From the NCBI GenBank assembly GCA_964542845.1, contig CAZIVM010000002.1:1-49420 (forward strand): DNA of 49,420 nt, given 5' to 3'. Position numbers and translations under genes: made by a program. Position 1 is the first letter of the stretch, and each line of letters opens with the position of its first letter. A model generated the notes under the pieces. The model was given only the letters and a program-made list of their open reading frames with translations. It was not told the DNA's origin and searched no databases. Below are positions 1 through 8,977 of this stretch, in pieces. The DNA is from an uncultured Victivallales bacterium (GTDB taxonomy: Bacteria > Verrucomicrobiota > Lentisphaeria > Victivallales > CAZIVM01).

Positions 1-441
1 GTCTATAGAGCCACTTCCATTTTGAACGGTGAGTCCATCCAAAATTGCCGTATCGCTAATTTCCGCCGTCGCATAGAAGACAGAGGCATAGTTTGCATTT
101 ACAGCATTGCTACCATCACAGATGGTGAGTTTGCTATCGCGGGTGGAGGTTTCATGATCCCAACGTGTAGAATCGCCAGTGAATCCACCGTAGATTTTAA
201 CGCCATCTTTGATTTCAAAGTTGCCATTAAAGGTGCCACTACCCAAATAGATAACTCCGCCCCCCGCCGTTGATTGAGTGGTAATCGCATTGGTAAGCGT
301 TGTCCCATTTTGAACAGAGTCCGTTGCATGTGGCACAATTCGAATGGTGGTATCCACATCAGCGGTAGCGGTGAAAATAAAACACGATACAAAACAGGCG
401 ACGGCCCACTTTGTCCAACAAGAAATCGGTAAGTTTTTCAT
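1..441 (-). CDS. Secreted/surface protein with a pectin-lyase-like beta-helix N-terminal region (5' part only; runs off the left edge of the window)
   Basis: Not in the ORF track; translated by hand. ATG at 441-439 with GGAG upstream, open to base 1: MKNLPISCWTKWAVACFVSCFIFTATA (signal peptide), then GGVIYLGSGTF, IKDGVKIYGGFTG and ILDGLTVQNG, which are typical of beta-helix surface proteins. Confidence 0.75.
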   Translation of the reverse strand, partial: MKNLPISCWTKWAVACFVSCFIFTATADVDTTIRIVPHATDSVQNGTTLTNAITTQSTAGGGVIYLGSGTFNGNFEIKDGVKIYGGFTGDSTRWDHETSTRDSKLTICDGSNAVNANYASVFYATAEISDTAILDGLTVQNGSGSID

Positions 442-464
442 ACGAATTACTCCAGGTTAGTTTT

Positions 465-593
465 AACGTTCGTTATTTTTCAACCACTTTTTGGTTGACT
501 TTCTAACACTAATATAACACATATATGAATTTTTTCAAGCCAAAAATATAAAAATTATCGTTTTTTATTTTTGGCGGAAAAATAACGAACGTT
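465..593. repeat. Perfect 17-bp inverted repeat pair (465-481 and 577-593) enclosing a promoter; candidate invertible segment
   Basis: AACGTTCGTTATTTTTC at 465-481 is the exact reverse complement of GAAAAATAACGAACGTT at 577-593; 95 bp lie between them. Confidence 0.85.
511..538 (-). promoter_or_regulatory. Sigma70-type promoter for the beta-helix gene, located inside the inverted repeats
   Basis: Minus strand TTGAAA (538-533), 16-nt spacer ending in TGn, then TATATT (516-511). The same TTG...TATATT pattern precedes many genes in this window. Confidence 0.6.
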
Positions 594-762
594 TTTTTGT
601 ACCCAATTGAACGAATGAAAAAAATCATAACGCTTTATTATATATCACACTTTCCCAAAAATTAAACACGAAAATAAAAAAATATGAAAAAATTTAAATA
701 AAGTCTATGAATCACAAAAATAAAAAAAAGGGTTAAAAATGAAAATTTTTGAATGAAGTATC

Positions 763-791
763 TTGACTTTACATCAAAAGGGAGTTATATT
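763..791 (+). promoter_or_regulatory. Sigma70-type promoter for the purN-like gene
   Basis: TTGACT-N17-TATATT, about 44 nt upstream of the ATG at 835. Confidence 0.6.
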
Positions 792-834
792 GTAAAAATA
801 CGAAGCGTCGATCACCTGAAAAAAAGGCACTATT

Positions 835-1725
835 ATGTCCACTATTATCCCGTTTTCCTTCTCGCACACGCCCCCACGTGCCGCCATCTTCATGAGCGGA
901 TCAGGCACCAATGCCGAAAAATTACTCGAGTCATTGGCGCATCAAAGATTTAATACATGGATTCCCGCCGTGATCGTGACCGATGCTCCCCTCAAAAGTA
1001 GAGCCGAAGAAATCGCCACACATTACAATGTGCCATGGGTTGCCTTGGATATTCGTGAATTTTATAAAATGCACGGCGAAACACGGGTGTCGTTAATGAG
1101 CGAACGGGGTCGCGAAATTCGCGAGATGTGGACGAATGCTCTGCGCGATATGATCCGCCCTTATGCTATCGACTTTATTGTCCTCGCGGGCTTTGTCCCG
1201 TTAACCAATATCACCGCAGACTTCCCCACCCTCAATATTCATCCCGGGGACTTGACCCAAGAAGAAAATGGTGTCCGCTACCTCGCCGGACTCCATACGT
1301 TGCCCATCGAAACCGCCATTTTGAAAGGACACCATGCTTTGCGCAGTAGTGTCATTATCGCCCAAGCCTACACGGGCAAGGGGGGCGAAATGGACTCAGG
1401 GCCCATTCTCGGAATCTCGCCCGAAGTGGAAATCGACTTTCAGGGCCACACCCTCAAAGCGTGTAAAAGCTTCCATGAGGCGCGTCCATCACAACGCCCC
1501 GTCGGTGGCTATAAAGATACGTTTGAATCTATCGCCCAGCATAATCTTGATCGACTCAAAATAGGGGGCGACTGGGTCGCTTTTGCTCCCGCCGTTGCCG
1601 ATTTTGCAGGGGGAAAATTTGCGTTAGATACAGCGGAAAATCTCTATTATTCTACCGAGAAAGGTTGGGAAAAAATCAAAACAATCGTTTATGATGGTTT
1701 TGGAAATCCTACACTCGTTTTTTAA
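835..1725 (+). CDS. purN: Folate-dependent formyltransferase, PurN (GAR transformylase)-like, long variant
   Basis: AIFMSGSGTN phosphate-binding loop, DFIVLAGF, LNIHPGDL and MDSGPIL motifs of the formyl_trans_N family. Confidence 0.75.
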   Translation: MSTIIPFSFSHTPPRAAIFMSGSGTNAEKLLESLAHQRFNTWIPAVIVTDAPLKSRAEEIATHYNVPWVALDIREFYKMHGETRVSLMSERGREIREMWTNALRDMIRPYAIDFIVLAGFVPLTNITADFPTLNIHPGDLTQEENGVRYLAGLHTLPIETAILKGHHALRSSVIIAQAYTGKGGEMDSGPILGISPEVEIDFQGHTLKACKSFHEARPSQRPVGGYKDTFESIAQHNLDRLKIGGDWVAFAPAVADFAGGKFALDTAENLYYSTEKGWEKIKTIVYDGFGNPTLVF

Positions 1726-1909
1726 TCTAAACCGTGTCATGTTTAGTTTATTTTAATTATTTAATGTCAAAATGTTAAGAAAATAACGAATTAATCTTGA
1801 TTTGACTTGTTTTTTCCCAATTTTGGATTAGATTATAGTGTCATAATAATAGGTTTGACACCCATCCCATTCATTCAAAATTGAAAACATTTACTTAGGA
1901 GAAAAAAGT

Positions 1910-2305
1910 ATGGCAATGCGTAAAAATCCGGCAAAATTTAAAGGTCGCGATAAAATGTTTTATGAAGCACTCATGGCAGAACGTGCAAAAGTATTGGGTC
2001 AGTTCACTGTATATAAAACCGAGATTCTCGATACCACAGTCAATAGTAGCAACGAACGCTTAGGGATGTCAACCCACATGGCCGATATTGGTGGCGACAC
2101 CTTCCAAAATGAGGTTGAATTGGGTCGTATGAGCGAAGGTAGCGATGTTCTCGAACTCATCGAAGAAGCGATGGAACGCTTAGTGACAGGCGATTACGGA
2201 TTCTGTCAAGAGTGTGGCGAAGCCATCGCGGATGAACGTTTAATGGCAAAACCTTACGCCATTCGTTGTATCAAATGTGCGAGCGAATACGAAAAGAATC
2301 GTTAA
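1910..2305 (+). CDS. dksA: DksA/TraR family C4 zinc-finger protein
   Basis: Coiled coil with an HMADIG tip; YGFCQECGEAI...RL.AKPYA.RCIKC zinc finger; AGGAG RBS. Confidence 0.85.
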   Translation: MAMRKNPAKFKGRDKMFYEALMAERAKVLGQFTVYKTEILDTTVNSSNERLGMSTHMADIGGDTFQNEVELGRMSEGSDVLELIEEAMERLVTGDYGFCQECGEAIADERLMAKPYAIRCIKCASEYEKNR

Positions 2306-2883
2306 TGTTGGCAAAGATACGTCTTTTTTTCATGCGGGCTGAACACGGTTCACCTCGCGAAAAAAACTTGCTCAAATGGATCGGAATCATCACGATTGTA
2401 GGGTTCATCATCGATCAAGTTTCTAAAACGTTAGCCGTGCGCATTCTCCCCGAACTGCCCAATCAACGCTATGATATTATTGAAGGCATTTTTGATCTTC
2501 GTCTTGCTTATAACTTTGGCGCTGCATTTGGTCAGTTTCAAGGGCAAGGGATTGCGTTGTTGGTCATTTCAGCATTCGTGTTCATCGGCGCAATTATCTT
2601 CTATCGTAAATGGACCGAAAAATGTCCCGAACGTTTTCTCTCTCTGGGGCTTCTCCTCTCCGGGATTTTAGGAAACAGCGTCGATCGTATTTTTCGCGAA
2701 CCCGCAGCAGTCGTCGACTTTTTCTTTGTACACTATAAATCGTTTGAATGGCCCATATTTAACGTTGCAGATATCGCAATATGCGTGGCCGTAGGGCTTT
2801 TCATTCTCTCAACTATTTTCCGCAAAGATGAATCTAAACTCAATGCTGAAAATGAACCTGTTTCTGAAATTTCACATGACTGA
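2305..2883 (+). CDS. lspA: Lipoprotein signal peptidase II
   Basis: DQVSK, NFGAAFG, GNSVDR, VVDF and WPIFNVAD motifs. Start placed at ATG 2305, overlapping the dksA stop (TAATG). Confidence 0.93.
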   Translation: MLAKIRLFFMRAEHGSPREKNLLKWIGIITIVGFIIDQVSKTLAVRILPELPNQRYDIIEGIFDLRLAYNFGAAFGQFQGQGIALLVISAFVFIGAIIFYRKWTEKCPERFLSLGLLLSGILGNSVDRIFREPAAVVDFFFVHYKSFEWPIFNVADIAICVAVGLFILSTIFRKDESKLNAENEPVSEISHD

Positions 2884-3337
2884 ACCTCAATTTCATATCG
2901 TATTAGTGTGTCCTGATATCCCTCAAAATACAGGGACCATCGGGCGTTTATGCGTGAATTGTGACTGCAGACTCCACCTAATTCACCCCCTCGGATTTGA
3001 GATTAATGATAAGAATGTACAGCGTGCAGGGCTGGACTACTGGCCGTATCTCGACCTCAAAGAATATGAATCGTTTGACGACTTCTTTGAACAAAATCAA
3101 CCCGAAAATTTCTTCTTCTTTACCACGAAAACCGAACGTGTTTTTTGGGATGTCGAATACCCGCAAGGCACCTATCTTATTTTTGGATCCGAAACACGCG
3201 GTCTGCCTGAAGAACTCTATGCACGATTTGCCGATCACTTAGTGACGCTTCCTATGACAGGCGAACACGCCCGTTCACTTAACCTTGCAAATTCCGTGAG
3301 CATTGGTCTCTTTGAGGCGCTCCGTCAAATCCGTTAA
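2876..3337 (+). CDS. trmL: tRNA (cytidine/uridine-34 2'-O)-methyltransferase, SPOUT family
   Basis: IVL..PDIPQNTGTIGR, RAGLDYW, FGSETRGLP and RSLNLANSV motifs. Start placed at ATG 2876. Confidence 0.93.
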   Translation: MTEPQFHIVLVCPDIPQNTGTIGRLCVNCDCRLHLIHPLGFEINDKNVQRAGLDYWPYLDLKEYESFDDFFEQNQPENFFFFTTKTERVFWDVEYPQGTYLIFGSETRGLPEELYARFADHLVTLPMTGEHARSLNLANSVSIGLFEALRQIR

Positions 3338-3348
3338 ACGAGGCAAGT

Positions 3349-4650
3349 ATGGCAACCGCACGATTTGAAACCTTAGGATGTCGCCTCAATCAAGCCGACT
3401 CCGCTTTGATGACAGGCCTTTTGCAGTCTATTCAAATTGAGGTGGTTTCGGATAAAGATACATGCGATGTCGATGTGGTCGTGGTGAATACATGTGGCGT
3501 AACCGCCACCGCCTCACGCAAAAGTAAACAGGCGTTCCGACGCATTCGCAATCGCTACCCGAACGCGTGTGTCATTGTGACAGGGTGTGGCGTGAATATC
3601 GACTATGACGGTTGGTCGAATGAAGAGGGGGTCGATATCGCATTGCGTCCGACAGACCGTGCAATGCTCCCTCAACGTATTCAAGATTTTTGGGCGCATC
3701 ATCCCCAAACAGCAACAGCGAGTTGTTGTAAACATTTTCCAGGAGATGGAATTGCTCATACTGAATTTTCAGAGGGAAGCCGCAGTGTTTATCCCTTTAA
3801 ATCGCGCGCATTTCTCAAAATTCAAGATGGGTGTAATAACTTCTGTTCATACTGTATTGTCCCCTACGCCCGCGGTGCAGAACGTTCACGCAATATCGAT
3901 GAAATTATCCTCGATTTTCAAGGGTTACTTGCTGATGGTCATCAAGAAATTATTCTTGCAGGCGTGAATACTTCTACGTTTCGTTGGGACGGCGGCGGAC
4001 TCTCCGATTTAATTCGAAAACTCGTAGAAATTCAAGGCAACTTTCGGATACGACTCTCCTCCGCAGAACCCCATGAAGAGATTCGCAAAGTGATTGACTT
4101 AATGTGTGAATTTCCCGAAAAGATTTGTCGGTTTCTTCATCTTCCTGCACAGCATCTCACCGATAAAATATTGAAAAGCATGAACCGTCCTTACAATCTC
4201 GAAAGTTATCTTTCTTATATTCAATATGCCCGCGAAAAAGTGCCAGATATTCATATAGGCACAGATATTATTGTGGGTTTCCCTGGCGAAACACCCGAAG
4301 ATTTTGAATTAATGTGTCAACGCGTTCAAGACATCGGTTATAGTAATATTCACGTGTTTCCGTTTTCACCGCGAGAAGGTACTGTTGCCGAAAAAATGCA
4401 ACAAAACACTTCTCAGGGCGAAATTGCACAACGCGCTGAGGTTTTGGGTACAATCGCTCATCAACTTGCAATAGCGTACGCAGAAACGCAAAAGAATAAG
4501 CCATGTACCATTCTGGTCGAGCAAGTGAATGCTCAAGATGAAGGAATTGGGTGGAGCGATCACTATATTCGTGGGATTGTCCCCGCTTCATTATCGCCAA
4601 AGCGTCATCAACTCATTCAAGTAGAGGCCTTGAGTTTGGTTCAAAACTAA
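3349..4650 (+). CDS. mtaB: tRNA t6A37 methylthiotransferase (MiaB/RimO/MtaB family)
   Basis: TLGCRLNQ UPF0004 domain; RAFLKIQDGCNNFCSYC radical SAM motif; DIIVGFPGET; HVFPFSPREGT (MtaB-type); short TRAM-like tail. Confidence 0.88.
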   Translation: MATARFETLGCRLNQADSALMTGLLQSIQIEVVSDKDTCDVDVVVVNTCGVTATASRKSKQAFRRIRNRYPNACVIVTGCGVNIDYDGWSNEEGVDIALRPTDRAMLPQRIQDFWAHHPQTATASCCKHFPGDGIAHTEFSEGSRSVYPFKSRAFLKIQDGCNNFCSYCIVPYARGAERSRNIDEIILDFQGLLADGHQEIILAGVNTSTFRWDGGGLSDLIRKLVEIQGNFRIRLSSAEPHEEIRKVIDLMCEFPEKICRFLHLPAQHLTDKILKSMNRPYNLESYLSYIQYAREKVPDIHIGTDIIVGFPGETPEDFELMCQRVQDIGYSNIHVFPFSPREGTVAEKMQQNTSQGEIAQRAEVLGTIAHQLAIAYAETQKNKPCTILVEQVNAQDEGIGWSDHYIRGIVPASLSPKRHQLIQVEALSLVQN

Positions 4651-4699
4651 ACCTTTGGTTTTTGTTTTGGCTTTATAAACACAATTTGTAGAAAAGTGA

Positions 4700-6805
4700 T
4701 TATTTTTTTAATGGTTTTTCAAAAGAAAGCGTTGAATCTGTTTTCGATGCGGAATCCGTTTTCGATGTTGAGTCGTAATAGATACGTCTAAAACTGTTTC
4801 GCTGAGATGTGATGGAGTTGACGTAGTTGATAATAATTTCAGAACGACAAAAACCATAACGCGAACGGGAGGCATATTGCGCTTCTCTTAATTTACGGTA
4901 GGCAACCTCAACATTGTTTTTCCATACATTTTGGTCAAGGTTTAATCGACGCGCCAAAACACGCGCATCCATTAAGTGTCCATAGCCTCCGTTATAAGCT
5001 GCGAGTCCAAAAGCAAGACGGTTGGTGCTCGATATTTCGGGGGGGAGTCTATCCATTAATTTGATTAAGTATCCCGTGCCTGCGCGTACATTTTCATCTG
5101 GATCCCATGGGTCTTTACATTGCATCTCTTTGATGGTTTGTGGCATGAGTTGCAATAATCCTTTTCCGCCATCTTTGGCGTGCGCATTACTGTTGAATCG
5201 ACTCTCTATAAATGCTTGCGCCGCAATTAAAAACCACTCTAGGCCTAAATTTTGTCCATATTTTTTAAAGAGATTGTCATAAGGGGAAATGAATTGAGAA
5301 TCTGTTGCAACATAAGTGGTATCTGGGATAATATTTTTCGTAAAATAACGTGCACAAATTTCATGATGTTCAGGGGTAGGGAGGATTTCAGTTAGGAAGG
5401 AGTCAATTTTTTGCAAAAGTTGTGGATTCGATTTGCGAACGACCCATACATAATATTTATCAACTCCTAAAATAACTCCTTTTTCCAAATCATGTTCAAC
5501 ATCATTGGTTGAATAATAAATACGATCATCAATCAATGAGAGATCGTATTCCCCAGTTTCAAGTCGATTCATAATTTCATAAGTTTCAAAAGATTCAGGG
5601 ACATGTTTGACTTGAAAACCAATGGTTGATGCAAGTTCTTCAAGAGTTCGATTATATGAACTGCTTTTCCGAACATGAAAAGTTCTCCCTTTCAACGCAT
5701 CTAAAGTATGAGGTGTTTTTCCTTTTTGCCCGATGACACACTCTTGCACAACGGCATAAGGAATCGAATAAGCGAAGTCAGGATCATCTAAATAGGAGTC
5801 AGCACGCGAGAAAGATGCCGCAACTACATCCCCAATCCCTTCTTTGAGCGCGGGAAGCAACTCGGATCCACGAAACGGGACCACCATGGCTAACGTACAG
5901 TCATTTTCCGTTGCGAAAGTGCGCGACATTTCATACTCAAATCCTTTTAACTCTTCATTAAAACAAAAGTAGTTTGAAGGATTGTCACGTGTGAGAACGC
6001 GCAAAATATTTCGCTCAGAAATGACATCCCAGTCAGCCGTTGAGATGTTATACTGGAAAAGGGATTTATTTTTTTCGATGAATTCATTCGCCGATACTCT
6101 CAGTTCGCTCGTCCCGTAAGGGAACACCCAACAAATTTCACAGGGGTTTTCTTCAAAAGTGTGAATGATTTTAAGATTGTGAGAATAACTGGCTTGAATA
6201 TCAAAAATGTTTCGTTCTGCAATCGTGTACATATACTCTCCATTTTCGACCCCTGCAATAATGTTTTCGACCCAATCTGAGTTCGACAACACTTTGATAT
6301 TTGCATTGTTTTCTTGTAATTTGAGCCCAAATTTTTCATACGCAGTTCCAAATTGAACCGTAATCGTTCCGTCTTGAATCTCACTTAAAGAATTGGCTGG
6401 GTTTGAAGTATTCGTAATGAGAACCATTGGTGTAATTAAAAATGGTTCTGAAAAGGAGAGTTGACGCGCGCGTTCGGGTGTTTTGACAATGTTGGCAACT
6501 GCTACATCCCCTTCGTGTAATGCCACTTTGCGAAGCATTTCTGTATAATCATCATGATAGGTTACATTTGCTTTGACCCCTAAGGATTCGGCAAAGGCAC
6601 TAACCGCCGCAATTTCTCTTTGATTGGCTGAGAGTTTACGCGGTAATCCATTGATCCCAGATTCTCGTATGGCATGAATGGATAAATAACCTCGCGCTTT
6701 AATATCTGCAATAGAGTGTCCTGCCAAAGGCATCGGTCTTATTAACCATATAATGCTTGCGATAATTAAAATTGAGATCAAAATAATAGGAAATGCTTTT
6801 TTCAT
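4700..6805 (-). CDS. mltF: MltF-like lytic murein transglycosylase with two periplasmic-binding-protein domains and an SLT domain
   Basis: N-terminal membrane anchor; two SBP_bac_3-like repeats (IKARGYL and ISERNILRVLTR...GFEYEM); SLT motifs IESRFN, GLLQLMP and AAYNGG. Confidence 0.8.
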   Translation of the reverse strand: MKKAFPIILISILIIASIIWLIRPMPLAGHSIADIKARGYLSIHAIRESGINGLPRKLSANQREIAAVSAFAESLGVKANVTYHDDYTEMLRKVALHEGDVAVANIVKTPERARQLSFSEPFLITPMVLITNTSNPANSLSEIQDGTITVQFGTAYEKFGLKLQENNANIKVLSNSDWVENIIAGVENGEYMYTIAERNIFDIQASYSHNLKIIHTFEENPCEICWVFPYGTSELRVSANEFIEKNKSLFQYNISTADWDVISERNILRVLTRDNPSNYFCFNEELKGFEYEMSRTFATENDCTLAMVVPFRGSELLPALKEGIGDVVAASFSRADSYLDDPDFAYSIPYAVVQECVIGQKGKTPHTLDALKGRTFHVRKSSSYNRTLEELASTIGFQVKHVPESFETYEIMNRLETGEYDLSLIDDRIYYSTNDVEHDLEKGVILGVDKYYVWVVRKSNPQLLQKIDSFLTEILPTPEHHEICARYFTKNIIPDTTYVATDSQFISPYDNLFKKYGQNLGLEWFLIAAQAFIESRFNSNAHAKDGGKGLLQLMPQTIKEMQCKDPWDPDENVRAGTGYLIKLMDRLPPEISSTNRLAFGLAAYNGGYGHLMDARVLARRLNLDQNVWKNNVEVAYRKLREAQYASRSRYGFCRSEIIINYVNSITSQRNSFRRIYYDSTSKTDSASKTDSTLSFEKPLKK

Positions 6806-6938
6806 GATAATCCCCTTTTCTTGGTTGTTTTAAATGTTATTCTATAAATAATATACTGTTTTGTTTTATATTTTCAAGCTCGAAATAGTGCTTATTTAAA
6901 GATTTGTTTTATTTTTTGTATAAAAAAAGATAAAAGAT

Positions 6939-6967
6939 TTGAAAATAAAGATTTGAAGGTTTATATT
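6939..6967 (+). promoter_or_regulatory. Sigma70-type promoter for the lipoprotein operon
   Basis: TTGAAA-N17-TATATT. A mirror TTGAAA-N16-TATATT on the minus strand at 6877-6850 would serve mltF. Confidence 0.55.
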
Positions 6968-7014
6968 ATGAAGGTATTGAGTTAAATGAATATCGTAATT
7001 TTGTTTGGAGCCCC

Positions 7015-8469
7015 ATGTCACGTTTCTATTCTCGAATTATAATAATTTTATATATTCTTCTTCTTGGAGGGGTGCAAGGGTGTAGTTTACTTGAAGATGC
7101 ACATTCACAGAAAACCACGATGATGCGTGCGTATGTTGCGGGACAAAATCAAGTGGTCAATGACTTTCTTTCTGATAAAATAGCGAGCGCCAAAGGTTCT
7201 GGGGATGAGCTTATGTGGTGTCTTGAGGCAGGGACGCATTCTTTTGTGACAAGAAATTATGTTGAGTCGATTCAATCTTTTGCTGAGGCTGAATCGTTAA
7301 TTGAAGCCTACGATGATCGGGCTGTTTTGAGTTTGCGTGATGGCGCGGCTGAAGCAACTGCAACTCTTACAAATCAAAATATGCTTTCTTATCGCGGATG
7401 GTGTAGAGATAGAACGACACTTTCGATTTATAAATCGATGGCCTACTTAGGGGCGAACAAAGAAGGCTCATTTCGTCCGCAAATTCGACGTCTGCGTGAT
7501 ACGCAAAAAGAGATTATCAACGATTATGACTTGATGTCGAAAATGGATGGAGAGGCATCCCCAATGCGTTTGAGTTCTCGCCAAAAAACAGATTTTTCAA
7601 AGACTCAAAATGCTGTTAATAAAGCGCAAAAGCAATCCTTGACTCAGACCTCAGAAGTCTCAAAATCTGCCTATGGTAACTTTTTAAATCCTATGGGAAT
7701 TTTTCTTTCAGGGATTTCGAATATAAGAGATGAAAATTATGAAAATGCGCACATTGATTTTGAACGTCTTTATGCGTGTTTGCCTGAGAACAAATTTGTG
7801 GCATCTTGCTATCGCACTTTGCTTGAAAAAACGGCACGTCCCATTCCCGAGAAACTTAAAAATGTGAAAGCTCTAACTTATCCGCTTCACAAAGATTGTA
7901 TTTACGTTGTTTTTGCGAATGGCCGAGGGGTTGCGCTTAAGGAAATGAAAATAGATTTTCCCATTGCTTTAGCGTGGCCTGTCTGTGAATATTACAATGC
8001 CCCTTTTCAATCTTTGCAAGTGCGTACAATGCAATATGTAACACAAACAGAACGTGTTGCCAATATGGATGCGATTTTCTCACAAGAATATGAACAACGT
8101 TTACCCGGTATCATTACGCGTTTAATTGTCTCCGCGATTGTAAAATATGGAGCTGCTGCAACGGCAACCGTTCTCACTTATAATGAGGATGAACCTCTTG
8201 TGGGTCTTATTGTTTTGATGGCGAGTTTAGTTTATATTGAATCCATGAATGTTGCCGATACTCGAACATGGGAAACGCTACCGAAAGAATTTCAAGTCGC
8301 AGCCATTCCGATGCCTGCGAATAAGACCTTAACTCTATCAACGCAAGGTGGAGGGAAACTTTCTCAAAAAGTAATCATTCCCGTTAATGTTAAGTCTGCC
8401 ATTATCTATGTCCATGCCCCCTCTTCAAACGTTTTCCAAACTCAAATCTTACCTATGTATTCCCAATAA
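7015..8469 (+). CDS. COG3014-type TPR-like lipoprotein
   Basis: Lipobox VQGC; helical N-terminal region; ADTRTWETLP motif characteristic of COG3014 proteins; typical position beside lpoB-like genes. Confidence 0.7.
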   Translation: MSRFYSRIIIILYILLLGGVQGCSLLEDAHSQKTTMMRAYVAGQNQVVNDFLSDKIASAKGSGDELMWCLEAGTHSFVTRNYVESIQSFAEAESLIEAYDDRAVLSLRDGAAEATATLTNQNMLSYRGWCRDRTTLSIYKSMAYLGANKEGSFRPQIRRLRDTQKEIINDYDLMSKMDGEASPMRLSSRQKTDFSKTQNAVNKAQKQSLTQTSEVSKSAYGNFLNPMGIFLSGISNIRDENYENAHIDFERLYACLPENKFVASCYRTLLEKTARPIPEKLKNVKALTYPLHKDCIYVVFANGRGVALKEMKIDFPIALAWPVCEYYNAPFQSLQVRTMQYVTQTERVANMDAIFSQEYEQRLPGIITRLIVSAIVKYGAAATATVLTYNEDEPLVGLIVLMASLVYIESMNVADTRTWETLPKEFQVAAIPMPANKTLTLSTQGGGKLSQKVIIPVNVKSAIIYVHAPSSNVFQTQILPMYSQ

Positions 8470-8478
8470 CGAAAGGAA

Positions 8479-8943
8479 TTGATGATGAAAAAAACATTTT
8501 TAACGCTTTCTCTCATCGGATTAACTACACTATTTACCGCTTGTCAAAACACCGTAAACACGGTCGAAAACGAAGATAAATCTATGGTGCAAACGATTGT
8601 AAAAGACAAACGCGTGATCACTGATGGTTCTCTCGAAGGACGTCTTTTAATCGAAAATGTTTCTGTGGCAACAACGGAGGCAGGGCTCTTACGCGTTCAA
8701 CTTTGGGCAAAAAATAATCGCACGGGCTTTTTCTCAGAAACGTGGAGTTCAATCTTTGGCGGAAATCCATATAAAATTAAATATAAGTTTACATGGTTTG
8801 ATGCGAAAGGGATGGCGCTTGAAAGCATTGTGTCGCAATGGACGCAAATTGAAATATTACCCGGCGAAACCGCTTTTATTCAATCGATTGCACCCGCTCA
8901 AAATGCTAAAGATTTCCTCGTCAATATTGTCGAAGCCGAATAA
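8479..8943 (+). CDS. YcfL/DUF1425-like lipoprotein
   Basis: Lipobox FTAC; IKYKFTWFDAKGM...W..I.I.PGE...I.SIAP pattern of the YcfL family. Confidence 0.75.
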   Translation: MMMKKTFLTLSLIGLTTLFTACQNTVNTVENEDKSMVQTIVKDKRVITDGSLEGRLLIENVSVATTEAGLLRVQLWAKNNRTGFFSETWSSIFGGNPYKIKYKFTWFDAKGMALESIVSQWTQIEILPGETAFIQSIAPAQNAKDFLVNIVEAE

Positions 8944-8977
8944 ATTGTTCTCTCAAAAAATAACTTAGGAGTTTGCT

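Noticed and set aside
22-392. ORF-track entries 22..273 (+) and 99..392 (-)
   Set aside because: They are shadows of the real minus-strand frame 441..<1, which has an RBS, a signal peptide and recognisable motifs.
1838-1861. GTGTCA-N12-TGACAC inverted repeat upstream of dksA
   Set aside because: Only 6-bp arms, a single occurrence and no matching known operator; could be chance.
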